This document shows, piece after piece, positions 17,257 through 25,964 of a stretch of 47,600 nucleotides of DNA. Location: positions 930-48,529 of the forward strand of contig JAGRLM010000088.1 in assembly GCA_020441795.1 (NCBI GenBank). Direction: 5' to 3'. A program made the position numbers and the translations under genes. Source of the DNA: Nitratireductor sp. (lineage in GTDB: Bacteria; Pseudomonadota; Alphaproteobacteria; Rhizobiales; Rhizobiaceae). Under the pieces are notes generated by a model. That model worked only from the letters and a program-made list of their open reading frames with translations, made no database searches and was not told the DNA's origin. Numbering within the stretch: the stretch's first letter is position 1; every line of letters begins with the position of its first letter.

Positions 17257-18258
17257 TCACATCCGCTCGGCACGCAAGTCCTGTGGCGTCATGCCGGTCC
17301 ATTTCCTGAAGGCGCGTTGGAAGGCATTCGGATCGCGGTATCCCACAAGATGCGCGATCTGTTGATTATTAAGCTTGCTCTTGAGGAGATAGCGGATCGC
17401 CAACTCCTTGCGCGTTTCGTCCAGTATGGATTGAAACGTGGCACCCTCCTCTCTCAGTCGCCGCAGCAGCGTGCTTCGACCCAGTTTCAGGCGACCGCAC
17501 ACATGGGCGATCGTGGGTTCGGTGATCGAGAATGCTTCCAGCATAGTGGCGCGAACCCGGTCCGCCAGTGGCAAGCCCTTGGACTGGATCATGGCCTGGC
17601 TCCGGAGGTCTGCCGCGGTGGCGTCCCAAAGTTCGGGATTGTCCGAGATGAAAGGCGTGAGCGCATCGGCACGGGCATATGTGAGCGCGGCCTCACCATG
17701 CTCGGGGACGAGGCCGAAAACATCGACGAGCCGCTCACGTTCGTCCTGCGGCAAGGGAAGGCTGATCCGTAGTGGCCGGATGGCATGACGTGCCAGCGCG
17801 TTTGTCTGCGCATGCAGGTAGATGATCTGGGGGCTGCTGAACGAACCGGGCAAGGGCGCAGTCGAGATGTCCGGCGCGACGCGCACGGTGAACGCGGACG
17901 CGCTGCTCGACACAACGAATTGCATTGGCCCGAACAGGCTCTTGAATTGTGCCATGCGTGTGATGCCGGTCTCGAAATCAGGGGCGGTCGACAGCGCGAA
18001 GAGAACCGGGATCGCTGGACCGCCTGCCATCCGCAAACCGAGAAGCTTTGAGACGTCCTGCTGCCTCGACAAGTCCATCATCGCGGCCCAAAGGCGCAGG
18101 TATTCATTGGCAGAGACCAGAAAGGCCCGGTCGTTGCGCTCAGTCGCCACAACGCCCGCGTGGGCCAGCACCTCGTCCCAGCCGATGCTTAGCATCCCGC
18201 AGATCGGGCCTGACAAAACGGCGGATGTGTAGTTCAGGGATTGCTCATGGGTCTGCAT
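17257..18258 (-). CDS. AraC-family transcriptional regulator (N-terminal AraC-type ligand-binding domain)
   Basis: C-terminal double HTH (RSTLLRRLREEGATFQSILDETRKELAIRYL ... IAHLVGYRDPNAFQRAFRKWTGMTP). The likely start is ATG 18258 (MQTHEQS). The ORF track extends it to 18447. Confidence 0.85.
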   Translation of the reverse strand: MQTHEQSLNYTSAVLSGPICGMLSIGWDEVLAHAGVVATERNDRAFLVSANEYLRLWAAMMDLSRQQDVSKLLGLRMAGGPAIPVLFALSTAPDFETGITRMAQFKSLFGPMQFVVSSSASAFTVRVAPDISTAPLPGSFSSPQIIYLHAQTNALARHAIRPLRISLPLPQDERERLVDVFGLVPEHGEAALTYARADALTPFISDNPELWDATAADLRSQAMIQSKGLPLADRVRATMLEAFSITEPTIAHVCGRLKLGRSTLLRRLREEGATFQSILDETRKELAIRYLLKSKLNNQQIAHLVGYRDPNAFQRAFRKWTGMTPQDLRAERM

Positions 18259-18334
18259 GTCAGCGGCCTCTCTCGCGGGAACCCCGCTGATCACACTAGA
18301 AACATTCGCGTCGCGCCACGCAATGCCTTTGATC

Positions 18335-18366
18335 CGATCTGCAAGTCTTTGGAACGATCTGCAAGT
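18335..18366. promoter_or_regulatory. Direct repeat CGATCTGCAAGT x2 with 20-bp period; candidate AraC half-sites
   Basis: Exact 12-mers at 18335-18346 and 18355-18366, in the divergent intergenic region between the AraC gene and the SDR gene. Confidence 0.4.
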
Positions 18367-18404
18367 AAATCGCGGTGGAAGAATGAGGCCTACGCGCTTA
18401 CCGT

Positions 18405-19184
18405 TTGGATGAAGTGGGACTTGGAGACAACGATTTGGAGCTGACATCGAAGATCATTTTTGTCACTGGCGGCGGTTCCGGCATCGGGCTGGAATTGACC
18501 CGCCAACTTGCAGCCCTTGGCAACACGGTCATCATCTGCGGACGCGATGCGGCCAAGCTTGCGGAGGCGGAACGCGAGACCGGGGCGCAGGCAATCGTTG
18601 GAGATGTGACGCGTGGACAAGATCAGGAGCGGATCCTTTCGGACATAGAGGCGCAGCATGGCCGGCTCGATTTGCTGATCAACAATGCAGGCATTTTCCT
18701 CGCCTACGACTTCAGTTCCGATCCCGACACGCTGCACAAGATCGAGAGCGAGATCGCGATCAATGCTGTGGCCCCGCTGACCCTGACGCGGCGCGCCTTG
18801 CCGCTTCTCGAAAAGAGCGTACAGCCGGGAGTGCTGTTCATCGGATCGGGAATTGCCTTCGTCGCGGCGCCGGGAACGCCGGTCTATTCCGGGACCAAGG
18901 CGCTGATCCATCACGTCGCACAAACCCTGCGCCACCAGTTGCAGCCTCACGGCATCACCGTGTTCGAAGCGCTGCCGCCAGTCGTCGATACCGACATGGC
19001 AACGGTGCTGAAGTCCGACAACTTCAAGAAGATGAAGCCCGCCGACCTGGTGCGCGACATCCTTGAAGGATTGCGCCGAAACCAGACCGAGATGCTGCTG
19101 GGACAGTCACGCCAGATCAAGTGGATGAGCCGGATTGCACCTGCCTTCCTGTTTCGCCAGTTCGCAAAGACCGAGTTTCACTGA
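18405..19184 (+). CDS. Short-chain dehydrogenase/reductase (SDR)
   Basis: TGGGSGIG cofactor motif, NNAG, and catalytic YSGTK. The start is uncertain: TTG 18405, GTG 18414, or TTG 18435 preceded by GGAGA. Confidence 0.85.
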   Translation: MDEVGLGDNDLELTSKIIFVTGGGSGIGLELTRQLAALGNTVIICGRDAAKLAEAERETGAQAIVGDVTRGQDQERILSDIEAQHGRLDLLINNAGIFLAYDFSSDPDTLHKIESEIAINAVAPLTLTRRALPLLEKSVQPGVLFIGSGIAFVAAPGTPVYSGTKALIHHVAQTLRHQLQPHGITVFEALPPVVDTDMATVLKSDNFKKMKPADLVRDILEGLRRNQTEMLLGQSRQIKWMSRIAPAFLFRQFAKTEFH

Positions 19185-19229
19185 GTTTCGCCGCAAGTTT
19201 CCCTGTTTGGTCCATGAGAAGATACGCGA

Positions 19230-19724
19230 ATGTCCCTTTCCCCAAGCCGCAATCTGTTGGTGATGAATGTTCAGATGTCGGTCAGCCTATTGACGACGAT
19301 CATTCTGTGTCGCTTGCTTTTCCCCGGCATCGTACAGGCGGAGTTCGCGGTCGCAGTCCTGCCGGTTGCCATCCTGCACATGTTCCGGTTCATCGGCATG
19401 ACCGTCGTGATGCCCGGACAGTTGGACGACGCAATCAGCCACAAAGCAAAGGTACAGATCGCGATCGGCGATCTGGCGGTGGCCGTCACGGCGGTGCTGC
19501 TGACTTTCGCAATTGTCGAAGGCTTTTCGGATGGCGCCGTGCGCGCGCTTGCCTGGCTATTCGTGATCACCTGCCTGACCGACATGGCTGTCATCCAACG
19601 GTTTTTCATCAGGGAACAATTCTGGGACAAGAAGATGGGTGTCGTCTGGCTGTTTCAGGTTCTGCTGTCGGTTCCCATGGTGCTCGGAGAGTTCTTTGTT
19701 CTCTACCGGTTGGTGGTGGTGTGA
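19230..19724 (+). CDS. Integral membrane protein (about 5 TM), unknown function
   Basis: Five hydrophobic stretches. The competing frame 19121..19783 is Arg-rich and not protein-like. Confidence 0.55.
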   Translation: MSLSPSRNLLVMNVQMSVSLLTTIILCRLLFPGIVQAEFAVAVLPVAILHMFRFIGMTVVMPGQLDDAISHKAKVQIAIGDLAVAVTAVLLTFAIVEGFSDGAVRALAWLFVITCLTDMAVIQRFFIREQFWDKKMGVVWLFQVLLSVPMVLGEFFVLYRLVVV

Positions 19725-19779
19725 ACATGCAAACCTCTGAAATCTATGTCCGCCGCACTGAATTCTTGGGAAAATCCGC

Positions 19780-20307
19780 ATGACCGCATCCTATCGCAGC
19801 CGCGTCAACGCGCTAGCTGTCATTACTTCTGCCGCCTTCTTCGGCGCCAATGCCTTCATCGGACTTTCGATGGGGGTCTACTGGCTGACTCTCCCGCCTG
19901 CAGTCTATGTGGCGCAATTCTTTCCCCAGTTCAGCAATTTCCTCTACACGATCATGCCGCTGTTTCTGTTGATGCTGGCGGGCTTGATCCTGTCGGCCCG
20001 CCTGGATTGGCATACTACCCCGGCGCGGCGGAACTGGGTGATCGCGCTTTGGCTTTACCTGGCCGTCTCGCTGATCACGATCTTCTACCACATGCCGCTC
20101 AACGTGCGCCTTGCGGCGGCAATCGGATCGCCCATTGGGGACGCCTTGGATTTCTACAAGAGCATCGCGCTGGTTGGTCCTGTGACGGAACAGAACTCGG
20201 CCACGATCCGCATGCTCTGGCTCTTGGGGCACATCCCCCGCGTGCTGATCACCCTTGCCATCCCCGTTTATGCGCTGCGCGCAATGGCCGCCAGCAAAGC
20301 ACGTTGA
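19780..20307 (+). CDS. DUF1772 (anthrone-oxygenase-like) membrane protein
   Basis: 175 aa with 4 TM segments. Layout and sequence style (LTLPPAVYVAQFFPQFSNF..., MPLNVRL) resemble DUF1772. This call is from memory of the family, not from a search. Confidence 0.5.
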   Translation: MTASYRSRVNALAVITSAAFFGANAFIGLSMGVYWLTLPPAVYVAQFFPQFSNFLYTIMPLFLLMLAGLILSARLDWHTTPARRNWVIALWLYLAVSLITIFYHMPLNVRLAAAIGSPIGDALDFYKSIALVGPVTEQNSATIRMLWLLGHIPRVLITLAIPVYALRAMAASKAR

Positions 20308-20355
20308 ACCGACGGGCCGTGACGATACACATCTTTGCCATAAGGAAAGAACCAG

Positions 20356-20817
20356 ATGACCCCTAAAACTTCAATAGTCCTTGCCACCTGCACCCTCGGC
20401 CTGATGCTTGGCCTTCCAATCGTCGCGCAGGCGCAAGACCCGCAAGTGCCAGAGGCAGGGATTCGCGTTCCCGCCGATGAGGTCGCATTCGCCCCCTTTC
20501 CGGCACCCGGCGTTCGCAGCATCGCGCTTTATGGAGGGGTTGGAACGGGACTTCCGACCGCGATGACATCACTGCTCGATCCCGCAAGTTATGAGGTGCT
20601 GCCGCACACGCACACGCACGGCTACTGGGCCATGGTCGTCAAAGGCCGGATGCAGCATTGGGAGCTTTCCGAGCCCAATCACGGTCCGGACCTGCTTCCC
20701 GGTTCCTACTGGTTTCAGCCCGGCGGCGTCCCCCATGCCGAGGACTGCCTCGGCCCCGAGATTTGCCAGGTCTTTGTCGTCTTCGATGAGGCGGCGGATT
20801 TCACCCCTGTGCAGTAG
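20356..20817 (+). CDS. Secreted cupin-domain protein
   Basis: SD AAGGAAAG. Signal peptide ending VAQA-QD. Cupin metal motifs HTHTHGYWAMVVKG and GGVPHAEDC. Confidence 0.65.
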   Translation: MTPKTSIVLATCTLGLMLGLPIVAQAQDPQVPEAGIRVPADEVAFAPFPAPGVRSIALYGGVGTGLPTAMTSLLDPASYEVLPHTHTHGYWAMVVKGRMQHWELSEPNHGPDLLPGSYWFQPGGVPHAEDCLGPEICQVFVVFDEAADFTPVQ

Positions 20818-20881
20818 ATCCCTTTCACCCAATGCCCTGCGGCAGAAGTTGCAGGGCCAAGATGAATGCCAAGGAGCCTTC

Positions 20882-21295
20882 ATGAAACCGACTATCCGAT
20901 GGGCCATTACCTTGCTTATGGGCGTTACAATCTTTCGCGCGCAGACAATCCTGTTCCTGCCTCAAGTGCAGATGTTCGGCGGCCCCGCGCCTGACGGCTG
21001 GTTCGGCCCTTGGCTCAGCGACACGATCATCGGCTTCCTGTTGCCGGTCACGCTCTATCTCTTCTGGCGGCAGCGAGGCACGACGGTCTGGGGCATCTTG
21101 GTGGCTTACAACGCCGTCGGCGCCTTTGACTATTCGCAGGGCCTGATCACCCAGATCATCAGCCCAATGCCGGTCGAGATGGCGGCCCCAGCCACGGTAT
21201 ACGCGGGAATCGGGCTGTTCATGGTCGCGCAGATGGTGGCACTCGGACTGCTGTTCCGCCAAGAAGTGATCGCCGAATTCACGGGGCGGTGCTGA
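20882..21295 (+). CDS. Small integral membrane protein (4 TM), unknown function
   Basis: SD AAGGAG then ATG 20882. The ORF-track start at 20591 is an out-of-context extension into the cupin gene. Confidence 0.55.
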   Translation: MKPTIRWAITLLMGVTIFRAQTILFLPQVQMFGGPAPDGWFGPWLSDTIIGFLLPVTLYLFWRQRGTTVWGILVAYNAVGAFDYSQGLITQIISPMPVEMAAPATVYAGIGLFMVAQMVALGLLFRQEVIAEFTGRC

Positions 21296-21344
21296 GGCGC
21301 AAGGTTCTGCCCGCATCCGATCACCCGCCTCAATGACTTCGACA

Positions 21345-22370
21345 TCACTCCTTGTCTCCTGCCTCGTCCTTCGAACGCGCCAATGCCTCACGAAATGCAA
21401 CAGGCGCTTGGCCAGTCCATCTTCGGAAGCTTCTCGAAAAGCTGTTGGCGTCGCGGTAGGCCAGCACGTTTGCAATCTCGTCCGCGCGCAGGGCTGTCTT
21501 GGTAAGGTAGCGGATCGCCATGTCATATCGCGTAGCGTCCAGCACCGCCTGATACGACGTGCCTTCCTCGCGCAATCGCCTCTGCAATGTGCTGCGGCTG
21601 ATCCTGAGAGCAAGGGCCACGTCCTCGGCCCCTGTTCGTCCCGCGGGCATCAGATCGACCAGGACGCCCCGCACCCGTTCGGCGGCTGGCCAGCGATCGT
21701 TCTGCGCTGCCAGCTGGAGCTTGAGGTCGGCCTCGACATCCGCCCACAGGGCAGGATTCTCGGATATGAACCGCCGCTTGGCATCCTCGGGCGAGAAGGC
21801 GACATAGGCGGCATGCGACCGCTCCGGCATGACGCCGAGATGACCGGCGATCTTGTGCCGTTCCTCCTGCGATCCATCAAAGCCCGCCGCAACCGGGCAA
21901 ACATGTTGGGCGGCTGCTCCGCGAATGTTCTCGACCGCGACTACAAGTTGAAGGGCGCCAAGGCTCGGCGGCATGGGCACCCGCGCATCCACGCTGTCGA
22001 ATTCCAAACGCAACAGCCCGTTATCCCAGAACACTCGCATGTGCGTTGGGCCGAGCAGTGACTTGAACTGCGCCAGTCGCATCAGGCCGGTTTCCATGTC
22101 GGGCGCACAGGACAGGGTGAAAAACACCGGGATCACCGGTCCGCGCGAGATTGCAACTCCGAGGTGGAGCACATAGTCGGGTCGCGGCGACAGCACCTCC
22201 ATCGTGTTCCAGCAGTCGAAATATTGCTGCGCCGTGCCTCGCACCTCGATTCTGCCACGCGCAATCGCGCCAAGGCCCGCCGTTTCAAGCATCACCTTCG
22301 GATCGACGCCGAGAATGCGGCAAGCCACGTCTGTCGCCATGAACAGGGAATACGTTTGTGAATAGTCCAT
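21345..22370 (-). CDS. AraC-family transcriptional regulator, paralog of 17257..18258
   Basis: Same architecture and alignable along its whole length (e.g. PVIPVFFTLSCAPDMETGLMRLAQFKSLLGP versus PAIPVLFALSTAPDFETGITRMAQFKSLFGP). C-terminal RSTLQRRLREEGTSYQAVLD ... YRDANSFSRSFRRWTGQAP. Confidence 0.85.
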   Translation of the reverse strand: MDYSQTYSLFMATDVACRILGVDPKVMLETAGLGAIARGRIEVRGTAQQYFDCWNTMEVLSPRPDYVLHLGVAISRGPVIPVFFTLSCAPDMETGLMRLAQFKSLLGPTHMRVFWDNGLLRLEFDSVDARVPMPPSLGALQLVVAVENIRGAAAQHVCPVAAGFDGSQEERHKIAGHLGVMPERSHAAYVAFSPEDAKRRFISENPALWADVEADLKLQLAAQNDRWPAAERVRGVLVDLMPAGRTGAEDVALALRISRSTLQRRLREEGTSYQAVLDATRYDMAIRYLTKTALRADEIANVLAYRDANSFSRSFRRWTGQAPVAFREALARSKDEAGDKE

Positions 22371-22440
22371 GCGCCGGAACTCTCAACCTCCTTGTTTCAA
22401 TGCCACAGACGGTTGGGCAGCACCAGACTTTGAGTACCGA

Positions 22441-22477
22441 CTGACCCAATTTGCATGCGGCTGACTACATATGCATA
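22441..22477. promoter_or_regulatory. Imperfect direct repeat CTGACnnnATnTGCAT x2 with 20-bp period; candidate AraC half-sites
   Basis: CTGACCCAATTTGCATG at 22441 and CTGACTACATATGCATA at 22461 share 12 of 16 positions. They lie in the divergent region between the second AraC gene and the Mo-hydroxylase operon. Confidence 0.35.
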
Positions 22478-22555
22478 TCGCCGCACCGTGCCATCGGTCC
22501 TAGCTTGGCGTTATTGACACGCAAAGTCTCGTCCACCAGCTGATCGGAGAAAGCC

Positions 22556-23014
22556 ATGGACCTTACGATAAACGGCACCAGTCACACGGTTGACCTGCCA
22601 GATGACATGCCTCTACTTTGGGCGCTGCGGGACGCGCTGAACATCACCAGCGTCAAATACGGCTGCGGCATTGCCCAATGTGGCGCATGCACCGTGCATA
22701 TTGGCGGCGAGGCGGTGCGGTCGTGTCAGGTTGCTTTGGCTGATGTCCGGGGGGAAATTACAACGATCGATGGGCTGGGAACGCCTGAGGCGCTGCACGC
22801 CATTCAGAGGGCGTGGATTGAACACCAGGTTGCCCAATGTGGTTACTGCCAATCCGGCCAGATAATGCAGGCCGCCGACCTTCTGGCCCACAATCCAGCC
22901 CCTACCGATGACGATATCGACGCCGCGATGTCGGGCAATCTGTGCCGTTGCGGGACGTATCCCCGCATCCGCGCCGCCGTCCACAGCGCCGCAAGCGCCA
23001 TGCGGGAGGCATAA
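22556..23014 (+). CDS. [2Fe-2S]-binding small subunit of a molybdenum hydroxylase (IorA / aldehyde-oxidase small-subunit type)
   Basis: Two Fe-S cysteine clusters: [11 protein letters not shown]...C and [10 protein letters not shown] ... CRCGTY. Confidence 0.9.
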   Translation: MDLTINGTSHTVDLPDDMPLLWALRDALNITSVKYGCGIAQCGACTVHIGGEAVRSCQVALADVRGEITTIDGLGTPEALHAIQRAWIEHQVAQCGYCQSGQIMQAADLLAHNPAPTDDDIDAAMSGNLCRCGTYPRIRAAVHSAASAMREA

Positions 23015-23017
23015 GGG

Positions 23018-25261
23018 ATGGGACGCGTCAGAACCATTGCCCGCCGTAGCTTCCTGATCGGATCAGCCGCAATAGTTGGCGGGGTCGCCTTCGGGGCCTA
23101 TTTTGCCACCCGCGCAACCCCCAACCCGTTGCTTGATGGTCTGGGGAAAGGCGAGGCTGCGCTGACACCCTTCGTCAAGATCACACCACAGGGAATCACA
23201 CTGATTGTGCCGCGCGCCGACGTGGGGCAAGGGATCGCCTCGACGCAAGCCATGCTGATAGCGGAAGAACTGGATATCGACCCTGCTACCGCGACGCTCG
23301 ATCCGGGTCAGCCGCACCAGGCCTATTTCAACGCCGTTGTTGCTGCGGAGAGCTTGCCTTTCCCGGCTTGGGACCACGGTTTCGTGGCAGGCACGGTGCG
23401 CGAACTGATGGGCCAGGTCGCGCGGCTGACCAGTTCGCAGTTTACTGGCGGTTCGTCTTCAACCGCGGACTTGCACGAGACCTTGCGCCTGGCCGGAGCC
23501 ACCGCCCGCGAAACCCTCAAGGCTGCCGCTGCGGAGCGCTCGGGAGTGTCAAGGGGAGACCTGCGCACCGAGGAAGGATACGTCCTGCTGCCCGACGGCA
23601 CTCGCATTCCGTATATTGAACTTGCTGCCGAAGCGGCTGCGACAAAGCCGGTCACTGATGTGACGCTACGGCCCTCCTCTGACTGGCGGCGGCTTGGCAA
23701 ACCGTATCGGCGGCTCGACATCGTCGCGAAATCGACCGGAAAGCAGGACTACGGTATCGATGTGGTGCTGCCCGGCATGTTACACGCGACCGTGCGCGCC
23801 AATCCTGGCCGGGGCGGTGCCATGGCGGGCTACAACTCCGATGCTGCGCTGGCAATGCAGGGGGTGAGGTCGGTTGTCGAAGTGAACGAAGGGCTTGCGG
23901 TCATCGCCGACAACACGTGGTTCGCCTTTCGTGCGGCCGAGGCGCTGGAGGTCGAGTGGCTTCCCCCCGACTATCCGGCCAACTCCGCCGAGATGTGGCA
24001 GGCACTGATCGACGCCCGCACCGAGGAGTTTCGCAACAGCCGCCTGCGCGACGATGGCGATGTCGAGGCCGCGCTGACCAGCGCCACGGAGATCGAGGCG
24101 CAATACCGCACGCCCTTCCTTGCCCATGCCGCGCTCGAACCACTCTGCGCCACCGTGCTGGTTGAGGCCAACCGGGTCGAGATCTGGACTGCAACGCAGA
24201 TACCTGCTGTGGTGCGCGACGCAGCGGTCGAGATCACTGGCGTCGATCCGTCCCGGGTAACACTACACGCCTTGTCCGCTGGCGGCAGCTTCGGCCGCAG
24301 GCTTGACCACGACTACGTCATGCAGGCGATCCAGATCGCTGCCTCCATGCCCGGCACGCCGATCAAGACCACCTGGAGCCGGGAAGAGGACATGGCCCAT
24401 GACTTCCCGCGGCCCCTGCACATGGCCGTTGGCCGGGGTGCCGTGGCGGAGGGCCGCGTGGTGGCCTATGATCTCGACACGATAAGCCCGTCGCTCATCT
24501 CGTCCTGGTTCGGGCGCATTTTCATCGTGCCGCCGGGGCCGGACACGATGCTGGTCTGGGGCGCCTATGACCAACCCTATGCCATCCCCAACTATCGCGT
24601 GACAGGCTATGCCGCGCCGCCAATGGTCCCGATCGGGTCGTGGCGATCGCCCGGGGCCTGCTCCAATAGCTTTTTCCACGAAAGCTTCCTTTCCGAACTG
24701 ATTCATGCCGCGGGCGCCGACCCGCTGGAGGAACGGCTCCGCCTGATTGCGGATGCCGATAGCCGCCGCGTTCTCGAAGCGGTGGGCGAAATGTCGAACT
24801 GGGCGGGTTCTGATATCGGGCCAGGGCGCGGGCGCGGTATCGCCTTTGCCCACACCCACGGCGTGCCCGTGGCCGAAGTCATCGATGTGACACTGACCGA
24901 TCGGGGCATCCGCATCGACGAGGTCTGGATCGCTGCCGATTGCGGCACCGTCTTCGATCCAGTCAACGCGGAAGCTCAACTGACAGGGGCTGCCATATTC
25001 GGGCTCGGCCATGCAATGAATTGCGAACTGACCTACGAGAACCACGCCGTTCAGCAGACCAACTTCCATGCCTTCGAGGGTATGCGCCTGCACCAGACGC
25101 CAAAAATGCACACCCGGCTCCTCGGCCAGGCTGAACGGGTGCGCGGGTTGGGCGAGCCCGCAACGGCACCGGCAGCCCCGGCTCTGGCCGATGCCATTTT
25201 TGCTGCGACAGGCCAGCGTTTGCGTGAGATGCCGTTCAGCAGATCGGTGGATTTTGCATGA
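23018..25261 (+). CDS. Molybdopterin-binding large subunit (IorB / membrane-bound aldehyde dehydrogenase type) with Tat signal
   Basis: 747 aa. Twin-arginine leader RRSFLIGSAAIVGGVAFGAYFA. Typical xanthine-dehydrogenase-family a/b-hammerhead and MoCo-binding segments. Confidence 0.9.
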   Translation: MGRVRTIARRSFLIGSAAIVGGVAFGAYFATRATPNPLLDGLGKGEAALTPFVKITPQGITLIVPRADVGQGIASTQAMLIAEELDIDPATATLDPGQPHQAYFNAVVAAESLPFPAWDHGFVAGTVRELMGQVARLTSSQFTGGSSSTADLHETLRLAGATARETLKAAAAERSGVSRGDLRTEEGYVLLPDGTRIPYIELAAEAAATKPVTDVTLRPSSDWRRLGKPYRRLDIVAKSTGKQDYGIDVVLPGMLHATVRANPGRGGAMAGYNSDAALAMQGVRSVVEVNEGLAVIADNTWFAFRAAEALEVEWLPPDYPANSAEMWQALIDARTEEFRNSRLRDDGDVEAALTSATEIEAQYRTPFLAHAALEPLCATVLVEANRVEIWTATQIPAVVRDAAVEITGVDPSRVTLHALSAGGSFGRRLDHDYVMQAIQIAASMPGTPIKTTWSREEDMAHDFPRPLHMAVGRGAVAEGRVVAYDLDTISPSLISSWFGRIFIVPPGPDTMLVWGAYDQPYAIPNYRVTGYAAPPMVPIGSWRSPGACSNSFFHESFLSELIHAAGADPLEERLRLIADADSRRVLEAVGEMSNWAGSDIGPGRGRGIAFAHTHGVPVAEVIDVTLTDRGIRIDEVWIAADCGTVFDPVNAEAQLTGAAIFGLGHAMNCELTYENHAVQQTNFHAFEGMRLHQTPKMHTRLLGQAERVRGLGEPATAPAAPALADAIFAATGQRLREMPFSRSVDFA

Positions 25262-25325
25262 AGTAAACAACATTGCCCCTTGGTCTCTCAATCTGAACGT
25301 GATTGACACCTGAAAGGAAAATCCC

Positions 25326-25960
25326 GTGACTGACCCCCAATACCCCAAGCATCGGACCGCGCTTCTTTGCGTCGATCCCTACAACGATTTCCTCGCCGAG
25401 GACGGCAAGTGTGGCCCGCCCTGAGCGAGGTCGCCACCTCGGTTGGCCTGCATGCCAATTTGTCCAAGAACCGTGCGACGGCGCGCAAGGCAGGTATGCC
25501 GATCTTCATCCTGCCGCATCACCGTCACCACGCCACGGACTTCGAAGGATGGGCGCACCTGACACCGTCACAAGCTGCGGCGCACGAATACCAGTTGTTC
25601 GCCGAAGGTAGCTGGGGTGGTGAATGGTACGACGGGTTCGGTCCGGAAATCGGCGACATCATCGTCAAGGAACACTGGGGGGCGTCCAGCTTCGCCAATA
25701 CGGACCTTGATGTACACCTGCGCCAGCACGGGATTACCCATGTCATCTTTGTCGGTCTGATTGCCAATACCTGTATTGAGACGTCAGCGCGCTATGCGGC
25801 CGAACTCGGGTATCATGTGACGCTGGTGCGCGATGCAACGGCGGCCATGTCGACGGACGCGATGCACGCCACGCACGAGATCAACGGCCCGACCTACGCC
25901 CATGCTATCCTAACCACGGCCGAGGTGGTGGGGAAATTCGTCGCGGCGGAGCCGAAGTGA
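25326..25960 (+). pseudogene. Isochorismatase-family cysteine hydrolase interrupted by a 1-nt frameshift
   Basis: SD AGGA then GTG 25326 gives MTDPQYPKHRTALLCVDPYNDFLAEDGK (beta1 plus the catalytic Asp motif), then runs into TGA 25422-25424. The rest of the protein (VWPALSEV...VKEHW...IANTCIETS...) is in the -1 frame from 25409. The two frames share G25409, as if AAGGTG had become AAGTG. Confidence 0.7.
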
Positions 25961-25964
25961 TCGG

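Noticed and set aside
19121-19783. 220-aa plus-strand ORF competing with the 19230..19724 frame.
   Set aside because: Its translation is Arg/Gly/His-rich nonsense. The 19230 frame gives five clean hydrophobic helices.
20825-21613. 262-aa minus-strand ORF spanning the last small membrane gene and the end of the AraC gene.
   Set aside because: It overlaps two better-supported genes, is Arg-rich, and has no motif.
24263-25348. 361-aa minus-strand ORF.
   Set aside because: It is antisense to the molybdopterin subunit gene. Its composition is not protein-like (Arg/Gly/His runs).
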